This document shows, piece after piece, positions 1 to 9,771 of a stretch of 64,000 nucleotides of DNA. Where the stretch lies: the NCBI GenBank assembly GCA_030685015.1, contig JAUXWS010000087.1, positions 97,684 through 161,683 of the forward strand, given 5' to 3'. The position numbers were made by a program, and so were the translations under genes. Each line of letters starts with the position of its first letter. Position 1 is the stretch's first letter. Origin of the DNA: a bacterium. GTDB taxonomy: Bacteria > CAIWAD01. Below the pieces are notes generated by a model. The model did no database searches. It worked only from the letters and a program-made list of their open reading frames with translations, and had not been told where the DNA came from.

Positions 1-2
1 CC

Positions 3-218
3 TGGCGGCGCCTGGCGGAAAGGCAGGCGGGCTGGGACCTGCCTCTAGAGGGGGCGGCCTTCCGGCGCGCGCTGGCCATCGCCCTGTCCTGGAGCGAGGA
101 GGAACGGGCCGCCTGGTCCGCCGGCGCGCGACAGGCGGGCCGGGCCCATGTGGAGGATCCGCTGCCGCTGGAAGGCCATCGGCGACTCTTCCAGACGGCC
201 CGGGAGTTACGGAGATGA
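3..218 (+). CDS. 3' end of an upstream gene (partial, last ~71 aa); function not assignable
   Basis: Frame 3 is open from the window edge to TGA 216-218. That stop overlaps the next start (ATGA at 215-218), which suggests translational coupling with the following gene. Confidence 0.4.
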   Translation, partial: WRRLAERQAGWDLPLEGAAFRRALAIALSWSEEERAAWSAGARQAGRAHVEDPLPLEGHRRLFQTARELRR

Positions 219-2209
219 GCGGCCTGGGTCGGGCGCTGGCCGAGCACGGGCTGGCGGGACTGGGCGAGACCCTGCTCGTCTGGAAGTTGTGGCGCCCCTG
301 GCAGAAGAGACGCTGGGTGGCGCGCTGCCTGGCCGACGAGGCGGCCCATCCCCTTGACCTGGGCGACAGGACCTGGCAGTGGGCCGCGCCCGGCGACATC
401 CCGCCCGACTGGTACTCCCCGCACTTCCCGCTCAGCCGGGAGGACCAGGAGCGCCTGCCCGCCGCAGCGTGGACGCCAGTGGAGGTGGAAGGTCTCCGGG
501 ACCGGTGCGCGCAGATCGACCGCGGGGACTTCAGCTGGCTGATGGCGGGCGCGCCCGCCCTGGGGCCCCTACCCGACTGGCATGCCCTGCTCGACCGTGC
601 GGGATCCTGGCCGGACGTGCCTTCCGACCAGATCGACTACTTGAGCGAAGCACGGCCGGCGGACATCCGCCGCATCTGGGAGCTGAACCGGCACCAGTAC
701 TTCATGGTCCTGGGCCGCGCCTGGCGCCTGGAGCGGGACCCGCGCTGGGCGGCATGCTTCGCCCGGCATCTGGGGGACTGGATCCGGCGCAATCCGCCGG
801 GCCGCGGGCCGAACTGGACCCAGGCCCAGGAGGTGGGGCTGCGGGCGGTGAGCTGGTGCTGGGCCTGGCACCTCTTCCACGACGCCCCGGCCTTTACGCC
901 GGAATTGAGGGGGACGATGCTGCGGGCCCTCTCCTGGCACCTGCGCTTCCTGGAGCGCGAGACCTGCGCCTTCGGCAAATGGACGCACAACCATCTCATC
1001 TCCGAGCTGGCGGGCCTCCACCTGGTCAGCTCGCTCTTTCCACAGATGCGGCAGGCCGGACGACTGGAGCGCTGGAGCCGCCGGCTGCTGCTGCGCGAAG
1101 CGGGGAAGCAGGTCTGGCCGGACGGCCTGGCCGGCGAGTTGGCCACCGCCTACATGGGCTTCGTGCTGGACACGCTCTGCGGCGTGCTGGCCTGCCGGCG
1201 CGAGAGCTGGCGCGGATCCGTCCTCGAGGAGCGGGTGGCGGCCATGGGCGGGGCCATGGCCTGGCTGACCCGCCCCGACGGCAGCCTGCCCAGCGTGGGG
1301 GACTCGGACGACGGGCGCGGCTGGATCCTGTCGGAGGAGCCGGTGCGTCGCAGCGCCTACGGCCAACTGCCCGCCCTGCTGCTGGGAGGGAGAGTCGAGG
1401 CGTGGGTGGCCGCGGAGGCGGATGTGGCATGGCGCTGGCTCTTCCCCGCCGCGGCGGAGCGCTGCTCCCGCCAGGGAGGACCGGCGCCGGCGGGACGCGT
1501 CTTTCGGGAGGGGGGCATTTGGAGCTGGCGGCGCCACGCGGGGCAGGATTCCGACTGGCTCCTGCTGCGCGGCGGCGCCACCCGGCGCCGGCGCTGGGTG
1601 CAGCAGGGCCATCACCACGCCGACCTCCTTTCCTTCGAGTACGTCCATGGCGGCCGTCCGCTCCTGCTCGACCCCGGCAGCTATGCCTACGGCCGTGAGA
1701 CCGCGCTGCGCCTGCGCTACCGAGGCAGCCGCGTCCACAACGGCTTGTGGGTGGAGGACCTGGAGCCCTGCGACTTCCGCGGCCTGCGCTTCGGTGTGTG
1801 GGATCTGCCCCTCAGCCGCTGGATCCAAGCTCCCACCGCCGCGCGGCCGGAGGCCTGCCTGGAGTTCAGTCGGGGAGCGGTGACCCATCGCCGCCTGCTG
1901 CGTCCCCTGCCGGACGGCTTCGAACTGGTCGACTGGATCCGCCGCCCGGCGGAGCGGTGCGCCGAGCTGGGCTTCCAGCTGGCGCCCGGGATCGAGGCCC
2001 GGGCCGGTACCGCCGGCTGGACGCTCCCCGGACTGGGCCTGGCATTGGAGGTGGAGAGCAGGGAGGGCGGCCCGGCCCTGGCGCGGATCGATCAAGGCCG
2101 CGTGTCCAGGCGCTACGGCGAGGAGGAGGCCGCCCTTCGGCTTTGCCTGGAGCTGCCGCCCCTTCCGCTCTGCCGGATCGTGACGCGCCTGCGCCCCACG
2201 TCATCATGA
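215..2209 (+). CDS. Heparinase II/III-like (alginate/heparin lyase superfamily) protein
   Basis: 664-aa ORF. The C-terminal segment GHHHADLLSFEY...LLDPGSYAY matches the heparinase II/III-like domain signature. It lies in a polysaccharide gene cluster. Confidence 0.65.
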   Translation: MSGLGRALAEHGLAGLGETLLVWKLWRPWQKRRWVARCLADEAAHPLDLGDRTWQWAAPGDIPPDWYSPHFPLSREDQERLPAAAWTPVEVEGLRDRCAQIDRGDFSWLMAGAPALGPLPDWHALLDRAGSWPDVPSDQIDYLSEARPADIRRIWELNRHQYFMVLGRAWRLERDPRWAACFARHLGDWIRRNPPGRGPNWTQAQEVGLRAVSWCWAWHLFHDAPAFTPELRGTMLRALSWHLRFLERETCAFGKWTHNHLISELAGLHLVSSLFPQMRQAGRLERWSRRLLLREAGKQVWPDGLAGELATAYMGFVLDTLCGVLACRRESWRGSVLEERVAAMGGAMAWLTRPDGSLPSVGDSDDGRGWILSEEPVRRSAYGQLPALLLGGRVEAWVAAEADVAWRWLFPAAAERCSRQGGPAPAGRVFREGGIWSWRRHAGQDSDWLLLRGGATRRRRWVQQGHHHADLLSFEYVHGGRPLLLDPGSYAYGRETALRLRYRGSRVHNGLWVEDLEPCDFRGLRFGVWDLPLSRWIQAPTAARPEACLEFSRGAVTHRRLLRPLPDGFELVDWIRRPAERCAELGFQLAPGIEARAGTAGWTLPGLGLALEVESREGGPALARIDQGRVSRRYGEEEAALRLCLELPPLPLCRIVTRLRPTSS

Positions 2210-2216
2210 GGCCGCC

Positions 2217-3395
2217 ATGCGCCTGATCTACCGCTTCTCGGGACCGGTCACCAACAAGGTCATCCATTCCCAGGTGGTGGGCACGCTGGCTGCCTTGCGC
2301 GACGAGGGAGTGGAGGTCGACCTCGCCGCCTGGTGCGGGCTGGGGCACGCCCTGCGCCACCTGCCGGCCTACCGGGAGGCGGGGGCCGTCCTTCGCCGGC
2401 GCCTCCAGGCACCCTTGGCCGTGCGTTGGACCATCGACCGCTGGCCCTGGCTGGACCGCCGGCTCAAGGACAGGGAGCTGCGGAGGGCCGTGGGCCAGGC
2501 CGGCGCACAAAAGCTTGTCCTGCAGACCCGCTCCGCTGACATGGCGGCGCTGATGGCCCTTCTGCGGCGCTCCCGCCCGGCGCTCCGCTTTGTCTACGAA
2601 CTACGCGGCGACAGCATCGCCGAGCAGGACTACCGCATCGGGCCACGGCCCGCGCCCGAGCGGCGGCGCGCGGTGGACAGGCTGTCCCGGGATCTGGCGG
2701 CGGCGGATCTTGTCCTGTGCGTGTCCCGGCGCCTTGCGCACCTCGTGGCGGAGCGCCACGGCGTGGCGGCGGAGCGCCTGCACGTCATGCCATGCACGGC
2801 CGACGAGAACTGCTTTCGCCGTGATGAAGGGGAGCGCATGGTGCGCCGGCGGGACTTGGGCCTGGCGGAGCGGGACTTCCTGCTCGTCTACTCGGGCAGC
2901 CTGCGCAAGGGCTGGGATGCCCCCGCGCTCCTGGGCGCCTTCCTTCACGCGAATTTGAGCGCCGAGCCCGGGCTGCAGGTCCTGCTGCTCAGTCCGGACC
3001 ACGCCGCGGCGGCCGCCCTGGCCACCCGGCTGCCGGCGGGGCGCGTCCATTGCCGCAGCTCCGACCACTGGGGGATGCCGGCCTGGCTGAGCGCGGCCGA
3101 CGCCGGCCTTCTCCTGCGCGAGGATCATCCCCTCAATGCCGTTGCATCGCCCACCAAGGCGGCCGAGATGCTGCTCTGCGGGCTGCCCCTGGTGATCAGC
3201 CCCGCAGTGGGGGACTACTCGGAGTGGGTGGCGCGGGCCGGCCTTGGGGTGGTGGCCACGGAGCATCTGCTCCCCGCCGGGGCCTGGAGCCGGCTGCGCG
3301 GTCTTGATCCGGCCCACATCCGTCAGGAAGCGCTGGAACAGGTGGGGCGGGGCGGCCCGATCCGGCGGCTGGCCGCACGCCTGAGGGAGCTGTAG
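2217..3395 (+). CDS. GT1/GT4-family glycosyltransferase
   Basis: 392-aa ORF starting 8 nt after the previous stop. The C-terminal half has the GT-B pattern (YSGSL..KG, ...PTKAAEMLLCGLPLV). Confidence 0.65.
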   Translation: MRLIYRFSGPVTNKVIHSQVVGTLAALRDEGVEVDLAAWCGLGHALRHLPAYREAGAVLRRRLQAPLAVRWTIDRWPWLDRRLKDRELRRAVGQAGAQKLVLQTRSADMAALMALLRRSRPALRFVYELRGDSIAEQDYRIGPRPAPERRRAVDRLSRDLAAADLVLCVSRRLAHLVAERHGVAAERLHVMPCTADENCFRRDEGERMVRRRDLGLAERDFLLVYSGSLRKGWDAPALLGAFLHANLSAEPGLQVLLLSPDHAAAAALATRLPAGRVHCRSSDHWGMPAWLSAADAGLLLREDHPLNAVASPTKAAEMLLCGLPLVISPAVGDYSEWVARAGLGVVATEHLLPAGAWSRLRGLDPAHIRQEALEQVGRGGPIRRLAARLREL

Positions 3396-4854
3396 CCGCC
3401 GCCCGCATGCGCCAGGCATCCTCCTCGAAGCGGGGCAGCATCCACAACAGGGCCGCCACCAGCCAGAACATGCCGTGGATGTATATGGCGTTGTTGTGGG
3501 TGAGTCGGCCCCCGCCGAAAAAGAGCACGAACTGGTAGTAGAAGAGCCCGGTCAGGATGCCGAAGTTGAGGCGCTTCAAGTAGGGTTCGCCCAGGCGTCG
3601 CACATTGAGCAGGCCGCGCGCGAAGATGGTGCCCACCACGCCCAGGTAGGCCAGGATCCCCACCAGGCCCTGCTCCGTCAGGATCGTCACGTAGTAGTTG
3701 TGCGGCGTGATGGCCTGGGCGCGCGTATTCATGGCGGCCGGAAGGTACTGGAGCGGTCCGATGCCCAGCCAGGGATGATCGCGCACCAGGTTCAGGGCGA
3801 AACTCCACATCACCAGCCGTTTCTGGGCGGAGCCGTCCATCATGAAGGACTCGTCCAGCAGGATGCGGCGGTTCAGGTAGTCCAGCACCTTGTCGTGCAG
3901 GAAGAAGAGGACCAGGCCGAGCACGGCGAGCTTCATCCAGGCCTTGATGTTGCGGGTCCGGCCGAACACGATGAAGAGGAGGAGGACGATGATGCCCCCC
4001 AGCAGGGCCGCCCGATGCTCGGTGGCGATGATGAAATAGGTGGAGACGAGGATGATGGCATAGGGCAGCAGGTTGGCCCTCTGCAGGGCCCGGCCGCGGA
4101 TCATGACCACCGCCACCGGCACCAGCAGCATGAAGACGCGGTTCCCCACCTCCGAATTGACGAAGCCGGCCCCCACCAGGAAGCGGCGCACGCCGCCGCT
4201 GATGCGGGTCTGGGCGGACAGCACCTCGCCCACATCCAGCCCGATGGTCTGGTCCAGCACGAAGACCCAGGTCAGGGACAGGACGGCGAAGAGCGCCAGG
4301 GACAGCATGAGCGCACGCAGAAAGCGATCCATGTCCAGCCGGTGGCGCACCGCCGCGCAAGCCATGAGGAAGAGGGCGAAGGGAAGCAGGTTCTCCTGGA
4401 CCAGGTACCAGATGGTGGACGGGTGCGTGACCTGGTTGACCACCAGCGAGAGCAGCGCCCCCACCAGCAGGACAAGCATGCAGCTGAGCAGCGCCGTCAG
4501 CCGGTGGGCCGCCAGGCGGCGGTGATGCCAGAGATAGACGGTCAGCAGCAGGACGAGCACCGTCTCGATGTAGATGTGCATGCCGAACACGTTGAGCTCG
4601 ACCCGGCGGTGGAGTGTGCTGATGAGGGGGAAGGACAGGATGAAGACGGTGAAGAGCCGGTGGCGCTGGTCGCGCGCGGCGAGGAAGAAGACGTAGATCG
4701 ACATGGCCAGCGCGGCCATCAGCGGAAGCAGCACGTAGACCTTCTCCTGTCCGGCCAGAAGATACTCCGCCAGGCGGATCAGGCCGGGGAGTCCGAAGAT
4801 GACGCCACCGAGGACGCCGGCCATGACGAGAACGCCGAGCAGAAGGGGTGCCAT
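3196..4854 (-). CDS. O-antigen polymerase/ligase-like (Wzy/WaaL family) polytopic membrane protein
   Basis: The start MAPLLLGVLVMAG... overlaps the upstream stop (TGATG at 4852-4856). There are about 10 hydrophobic helices and a loop typical of O-antigen ligase-like proteins. The last ~65 aa are P/A/G-rich and overlap the convergent GT gene. Confidence 0.55.
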   Translation of the reverse strand: MAPLLLGVLVMAGVLGGVIFGLPGLIRLAEYLLAGQEKVYVLLPLMAALAMSIYVFFLAARDQRHRLFTVFILSFPLISTLHRRVELNVFGMHIYIETVLVLLLTVYLWHHRRLAAHRLTALLSCMLVLLVGALLSLVVNQVTHPSTIWYLVQENLLPFALFLMACAAVRHRLDMDRFLRALMLSLALFAVLSLTWVFVLDQTIGLDVGEVLSAQTRISGGVRRFLVGAGFVNSEVGNRVFMLLVPVAVVMIRGRALQRANLLPYAIILVSTYFIIATEHRAALLGGIIVLLLFIVFGRTRNIKAWMKLAVLGLVLFFLHDKVLDYLNRRILLDESFMMDGSAQKRLVMWSFALNLVRDHPWLGIGPLQYLPAAMNTRAQAITPHNYYVTILTEQGLVGILAYLGVVGTIFARGLLNVRRLGEPYLKRLNFGILTGLFYYQFVLFFGGGRLTHNNAIYIHGMFWLVAALLWMLPRFEEDAWRMRAAATAPSGVRPAAGSGRPAPPVPALPDGCGPDQDRAAGSRPRRGADAPWPPPQGRPAPPTPSSPPLRG

Positions 4855-6215
4855 CAGCGCTCCTCTCCCTGCGTCCACCGCCACGCCAGGCGGGTGACGA
4901 CGGACCAGCCTCGCCCGGGATTGCGGTGCTCGGCACTGGCGGCGAGGGAGAGCTGGTCGTTCACCTGGGCCATCGCCTGGCAGCGGACCAGCCACTGGGT
5001 GGTCACCGGCGGCAGGGGCCAGGGGGCACCGGCCGTCGCCTCCGCGTCCCAGGCCGCGCCCGGGCGGATGGCACCCAGCTCGATCCGCCCCACTCCCAGC
5101 GAAAGGAGGCGGGGCCGCCCCGTCAGCCGATAGACCTGCAACTGGGCGTGCAGTTCGCGGCAGTCCCCCCCCTCCTCGTTGCCGATCACCTGGCCTTGCT
5201 GCAAGTAGCTCGTCTCCTCGCCCCGGTGGATGTAGGTCCAATGGGAGAGGGCGCTGCCTTCCCCGCGTAGCCGGATCATGTACTGGCGGGCAAGGGGGCG
5301 GCGCAGGGCGAGGCCGAGGGTCAGGCCCAGCGCGTCGTCCAGGCGGGCCCGGTCCGCCGCGTCGATCTGGAACTCGTCCACCAGCACTTCTCCATACCAG
5401 GTCAGGCGCGAGCCGCCGGGCAGATCGTGCCACAGGTCCCACGTCGCAAAGAGCGTGCTGTTGTCCTGGTCGTGGCCCAGGCCATGGTCGGCCTCCGAGA
5501 ATCCCTCGAAGTTCTCGAGGAAGTAGGGGACGAAGGGATTGAAGAAGTGCCAGTCGAAGGAGCGCTGCCTGCCACTGAAGAGGATCTGGTCGCCCAGCGA
5601 GAAACGCGCCCTGAGATGGGCCGGCTGCCAGACGAAGCGATGCCGCGCGAACCAGCGTGCCAGGTCGGGATCCTCGCTGGAACCCAGTCGCGCCCCCGCC
5701 GTCTCCAGGCTGAACACGTCATCGGGCCGGCGCAGGCGGAAGCGGAACATGTCGACGGGTGGAAGGTGGGCGGGCCAGGCCAGCTCCGACAAGTGATCCA
5801 GGCCGGCGCCCAGATTGCGTCGGCCCCATTCCGCCACCAGCCAGGGTGTCTCCCAGCCCAGGGTGGCATGCAGCACCCGCCCCGTCCACCCGCCCCGCTC
5901 CGTGTGGGTGCCAAGCAGGACCTCGCCCTCCTCCGCCGTCGTTCCGGCCAGCCAGAAGCCCGCCCACAGCGAGGGCCCAAGCCGGGCATGGCCCCCACCC
6001 TCCCCCCACACTCCCGGAACGGTGCTGCCGGCGCGGAGCTCCAGGGAACGGGCTTCACGGGACCATGGCCGGGTGAGGACGTCCACCCCTTCCTCCGCCA
6101 GGCGCAGACGGAGGAGTTCGCCGAAGGGATCCGCGGGCAGGAGCCAGTCCGCCGCGACCGCCGCACGCATCAGGGCGAGGATCGCCACGGCCAGTGGCAG
6201 ACGGGGGCGGATCAT
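4854..6215 (-). CDS. Exported protein of unknown function (possibly an outer-membrane beta-barrel, Wzi-like)
   Basis: 453-aa ORF with signal peptide MIRPRLPLAVAILALMRAAVAADW. It is translationally coupled on both sides (4-nt overlap at 6212-6215, 1-nt overlap at 4854). The functional guess is weak. Confidence 0.5.
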   Translation of the reverse strand: MIRPRLPLAVAILALMRAAVAADWLLPADPFGELLRLRLAEEGVDVLTRPWSREARSLELRAGSTVPGVWGEGGGHARLGPSLWAGFWLAGTTAEEGEVLLGTHTERGGWTGRVLHATLGWETPWLVAEWGRRNLGAGLDHLSELAWPAHLPPVDMFRFRLRRPDDVFSLETAGARLGSSEDPDLARWFARHRFVWQPAHLRARFSLGDQILFSGRQRSFDWHFFNPFVPYFLENFEGFSEADHGLGHDQDNSTLFATWDLWHDLPGGSRLTWYGEVLVDEFQIDAADRARLDDALGLTLGLALRRPLARQYMIRLRGEGSALSHWTYIHRGEETSYLQQGQVIGNEEGGDCRELHAQLQVYRLTGRPRLLSLGVGRIELGAIRPGAAWDAEATAGAPWPLPPVTTQWLVRCQAMAQVNDQLSLAASAEHRNPGRGWSVVTRLAWRWTQGEER

Positions 6216-7816
6216 CGCAACAAACCCGCCACCGTGACCACGGCCAGGGAGGCGACGGCCAAGGCATGGACGCGGTTCTCCTCCAGCGGCGCCAGGCTGG
6301 CCCAGACGCGGTAGACGAAGAAGAAGGCCAGCATCTCCACGCCCAGCAGGTCCGTCGAAAAGGTCGCCTTCAACTGCACAGGCAGATAGAAGAGCAGGAT
6401 CGCCCCGAACACGAGGAAGTACTCGATGGGGTTGGTGACGAGGACGATGCGCCGGAACCAGGCGATGAAACAGAGGCCGCTGTAGACAGTCAGCGCCAGC
6501 CCCAGCCCCAGCCAGGCGCGGGCCACCGGCTGGTCCAGGTCATGGATGCCGAAACCGCTCTGGTGCAGGATGAAGAAGTGGGTGGCCACGATCAGGGCCA
6601 CCGTGATGGAAAGACGGGACTGCCCGGAACTGCGCAGGCGCATCCACGACCAGAAGGCGTAGCCCAAGGCCAGCGTGGCAGGCAGCACGCCGTACTTCAG
6701 GTCGACGCCCCTTACCATGAACAGCTCAAGCCCGAAGAGGAGGACGAGGGCCAGCCCCGTGACGCGCGGCAGTAGGGCGTGAGGGCCCGCTTGGACCCCG
6801 CCGGATGCCACCCGGACGGATTCGGAAGAAGGCCGACGGTGCTCCTGCCACCGCCTGATCAAAAAGATGCCGATCAGCGCCAGGATCAGGCCCAGCCCCA
6901 TCCATCGAAGCTTCAAGGGACTCAGGGCCAGGATGGGAAAAAGCCCCACGAGGCTGGCCAGCATGTACTCCAGGTAGACCACGCTGTCCTGGCGCAGGCC
7001 CAGACCGATCAGAAGGTGATGCAGGTGCTTGCGGTCGGCCAGGAAGGGGGAGCGTCCGGCACTCAGGCGCCGGATGAAGACCTGCAGCGTGTCCAGCATG
7101 GGGATGGCGAAAAAGCAGAGGGCCGTCCAGGGAGGCAGGCGGCCGCCCTCTTGATTGACAAGGAAGACGGCGGCCAGCACGAAGCCGAGCAGGTAGGAGC
7201 CGGCGTCCCCCATGAAGATCGTGGCTGGCCAGGTGTTGACGCGGAGGAAGCCCACGACGCTGGCGATCAGCGCGATGAGCACGGCCACCGTCCGCCATTC
7301 GTCCCCGTGGATCAGGTACATGCCCAGGCAGAGCCCGCCAATGACGACCAGCCCGCCAGCCAGGCCGTCCAGGCCGTCCTGCAGGTTGACGGCGTTGATG
7401 AGGAAGACCATGAAGAGGCCGGCGACCGGCCAGCTGAGCCAGGGGTCGCCGCCGACCAGCGGCAGGTTGATGACGGGACGGGCGATGGCCAGGAAGACCG
7501 CCGCCGTGACCCACTGCAGGCCGAACTTGGTCCAAGGGGAGAGGCCGATGAGGTCATCGGTCAGGCCCACGGCGGAGATGATGAGGGATCCGGCCAGGAT
7601 GGCCCGCACGGCGGGGGTGAAGGGAATGAAGACCAACGAGGTCAAGAGAAAGGCGAAGACGATGAGCACGCCCCCGATGCGCGGAATGGGCACGGTGTGG
7701 ACCTTGCGCCCGTCCGGCTGGTCGACGGCTCCGATGTGGAGGGCGAGACGCTGCAGCAGCGGCATGAGCAGGATCATGATGCTGAGGGCGAACACGCCGA
7801 CGAGGAGATAGGTCAC
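6212..7816 (-). CDS. Polyprenyl-phosphate sugar-1-phosphate transferase (WecA/MraY glycosyltransferase family 4) with a C-terminal membrane extension
   Basis: The N-terminal region has ...HIGAVDQPDGRKVHTVPIPRIGG... and NAVNLQDGLDGLAGG motifs typical of WecA/MraY. The 534-aa product is multi-spanning. Confidence 0.75.
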   Translation of the reverse strand: MTYLLVGVFALSIMILLMPLLQRLALHIGAVDQPDGRKVHTVPIPRIGGVLIVFAFLLTSLVFIPFTPAVRAILAGSLIISAVGLTDDLIGLSPWTKFGLQWVTAAVFLAIARPVINLPLVGGDPWLSWPVAGLFMVFLINAVNLQDGLDGLAGGLVVIGGLCLGMYLIHGDEWRTVAVLIALIASVVGFLRVNTWPATIFMGDAGSYLLGFVLAAVFLVNQEGGRLPPWTALCFFAIPMLDTLQVFIRRLSAGRSPFLADRKHLHHLLIGLGLRQDSVVYLEYMLASLVGLFPILALSPLKLRWMGLGLILALIGIFLIRRWQEHRRPSSESVRVASGGVQAGPHALLPRVTGLALVLLFGLELFMVRGVDLKYGVLPATLALGYAFWSWMRLRSSGQSRLSITVALIVATHFFILHQSGFGIHDLDQPVARAWLGLGLALTVYSGLCFIAWFRRIVLVTNPIEYFLVFGAILLFYLPVQLKATFSTDLLGVEMLAFFFVYRVWASLAPLEENRVHALAVASLAVVTVAGLLR

Positions 7817-7865
7817 CGCCGCTTCCTCGGGTTGGGCGCCGGACCAGGATGGCGGACTCCGGGCC

Positions 7866-9065
7866 TCACACGCGCTGCACGCCGGCCAGGTGCTCTCCCA
7901 CCAGCCGGGCGATGGCCGGGGCGCTGGTCAGGCCCGGCGATTCGACGCCGATCAAGTTAACAAGGCCGGCCAGTCCCCGTCGACCCTCCTCGCGGATGTA
8001 GAAGTCGCCGGCCGGCTTCCGGCGCGGGCGCAGGCCCACTCCCGCCGGCCGCAGGTCGGCGGCGGCCAATCCGGGCAAAAAGCGGGACACGCCGGCGGCG
8101 AAGTCCGCGGCCAGGGCCTCGTCCTGCGCGAAGTCCTCCCGGCGGCTGTGTGGCGGGCAGGGCCAGGTGGCCGAGGGACCGAAGCGCAGGGCGCCGCCCA
8201 GATCCAGCGTGACGTGGATGCCCAGGTGGCCCTCGCCGTCGGCGGGTGGCAGCGGGTAGATCAGGTGGCGCAGCGGAGGGCAGGCGCCGCCGCGGGGCGT
8301 GAAGTACTCGCCCCGGCTCCAGTATTGGCGCAGCCCCTCCCCCTCCACATCGATGCCGGCCAGGGCCGCCACCTGGTCCGCCTCCAGGCCCGCCGCGTTG
8401 ACCACGGCCCGGGCGCTGATGGTCAGGCGGGGACCCCGGCGGGGCAATGCCCGCGGCAGGACGGGCGGCGCCTCTTCCTCCCGGCACGGCGCCAACGCTC
8501 CCTCCCCCTCCTCCACCTCCAGCTCCCATCCGCCCGCCACCGGCCGCAGGGCGGCGACGCGGGAGCGGCACGCCAGCTGGGCGCCAGCCGCCCGGGCCCG
8601 TTCCCAGAGGTGGCGCATCAACCCGTGGCTGTCCAGGATGGCCGTCTCCGGACTCCACAGCGCCGCCAGGGCGCGCACGGCCGGCTCGGCCGCGGCCAAC
8701 TCCTCCACGCCGGCGCGGCGCAGGCTTGTCACGCCATTGAGTCGGCCTTGCTCCAGCAGGTCGTCCAGGCGCGAAAGTTCCTCCCGCCGGGTGGCGACGA
8801 TGAACTTGCCCGTTTTCCGGTAGCCGAAATGGCCCTGGGCGGCCCATTCCTCGATGCGGCGCCGACCCTCCAGACAGAGGCGCGCCTTCAGACTGCCGGG
8901 TTCGTAGTAGATTCCGGCGTGGACCACCTCGGAGTTGCGGCTGGACACGCCCCGTCCATAGCCCTCCTCGCGTTCGAGAAGAAGCAGTTCGGCCCAGGGC
9001 GCCAATTCAGCGGCGACGGCGAGTCCGACCACGCCGGCGCCCACGATGATGACGTCAACATCCAT
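7866..9065 (-). CDS. FAD-dependent oxidoreductase (L-2-hydroxyglutarate oxidase/glycerol-3-P dehydrogenase-like)
   Basis: The start was chosen at MDVDVIIVGAGVVGLAVAAELA, a Rossmann GxGxxG motif at the N-terminus. The ORF track extends further upstream to 9272. Confidence 0.7.
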   Translation of the reverse strand: MDVDVIIVGAGVVGLAVAAELAPWAELLLLEREEGYGRGVSSRNSEVVHAGIYYEPGSLKARLCLEGRRRIEEWAAQGHFGYRKTGKFIVATRREELSRLDDLLEQGRLNGVTSLRRAGVEELAAAEPAVRALAALWSPETAILDSHGLMRHLWERARAAGAQLACRSRVAALRPVAGGWELEVEEGEGALAPCREEEAPPVLPRALPRRGPRLTISARAVVNAAGLEADQVAALAGIDVEGEGLRQYWSRGEYFTPRGGACPPLRHLIYPLPPADGEGHLGIHVTLDLGGALRFGPSATWPCPPHSRREDFAQDEALAADFAAGVSRFLPGLAAADLRPAGVGLRPRRKPAGDFYIREEGRRGLAGLVNLIGVESPGLTSAPAIARLVGEHLAGVQRV

Positions 9066-9714
9066 GGAGTTTCCCGCTCTCATGACCAGGAGGGAAGGCA
9101 GCACGCCCGCCGCGGGAGAGGGCGCCGCGCTGGAAGAGCTGTGCCGGGAGGCCGCCGCCTGCCGGCTCTGCGCGGAAGTGCCGGAGCCGCGACCGGTCTT
9201 CCAGGTCGGGATCACGGCCCGCCTGCTCATCGTGGGACAGGCCCCCGGCCGCCGCGTCCACCAGTGCGGCATCCCCTGGCACGATCCCTCCGGCGATCTC
9301 CTGCGCCACTGGCTGGACCTGGATCGCGCCGCCTTCTACGACGCCTCCCGGGTGGCCATCGTGCCGGCCGGGCTCTGCTGGCCGGGCACGATTCCAGGGC
9401 GGGGGGACCGACCCCCGCCGCCCCGCTGCGCCGCGCTCTGGCAGCCGCGTTTCGCCGCCGCCCTGCCGAGGCTGGAGCTGGTGCTGGCCGTGGGGGCGGC
9501 CGCCCAGCGTCACTGGTTGCCCGGCGCCACGAGGGTGGATGAGACGGTGCGGGGAGGCGAGCGTCTCGCGGAGGTCCAGGACCGGCGCCTGGCCGTGCTG
9601 CCCCTGCCCCACCCCTCGCCCCGCAACCGCCGCTGGCTGGCGCTGCGTCCCTGGTTCGAGGCGGAGGTGCTGCCCCACCTGCGCCGCCGCGTCCAGCGGC
9701 TGTTGGCGTCATGA
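9064..9714 (+). CDS. Uracil-DNA glycosylase superfamily protein
   Basis: LLIVGQAPG motif and C-terminal LPLPHPSPRN motif. The start is uncertain (ATGs at 9046, 9064, 9082). It is divergent from, and overlaps the start of, the oxidoreductase gene. Confidence 0.6.
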   Translation: MEFPALMTRREGSTPAAGEGAALEELCREAAACRLCAEVPEPRPVFQVGITARLLIVGQAPGRRVHQCGIPWHDPSGDLLRHWLDLDRAAFYDASRVAIVPAGLCWPGTIPGRGDRPPPPRCAALWQPRFAAALPRLELVLAVGAAAQRHWLPGATRVDETVRGGERLAEVQDRRLAVLPLPHPSPRNRRWLALRPWFEAEVLPHLRRRVQRLLAS

Positions 9715-9771
9715 CGCTTGATCATGCAGCCATGAATCAGAACATTGCCTGCACACAGCCCCGGAGTGTCC

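Noticed and set aside
569-2095. Long antisense and off-frame ORFs throughout the window (for example 569-2095 -, 379-1698 +, 15562-17487 -, 35771-37591 +, 45776-47608 +, 47651-49321 +, 50140-51555 +)
   Set aside because: Their products are Arg/Pro/Gly/Ala-rich low-complexity translations. Each overlaps a gene with clear family motifs on the other strand or frame. They are typical shadow ORFs of very GC-rich DNA with few stop codons.
3196-3395. 200-nt convergent overlap between the GT gene and the Wzy-like gene as a regulatory antisense feature
   Set aside because: The Wzy-like tail here is P/A/G-rich low complexity. The overlap is most likely just a late stop codon in GC-rich antisense sequence. 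There is no independent evidence of function.
4855-5442. Upstream part of ORF 3196-5442 (748 aa) as coding sequence
   Set aside because: The region 4855-5442 is covered by the exported-protein gene 4854-6215 in another frame. The Wzy-like protein has a natural start (MAPLLLGVL) coupled to that gene's stop.
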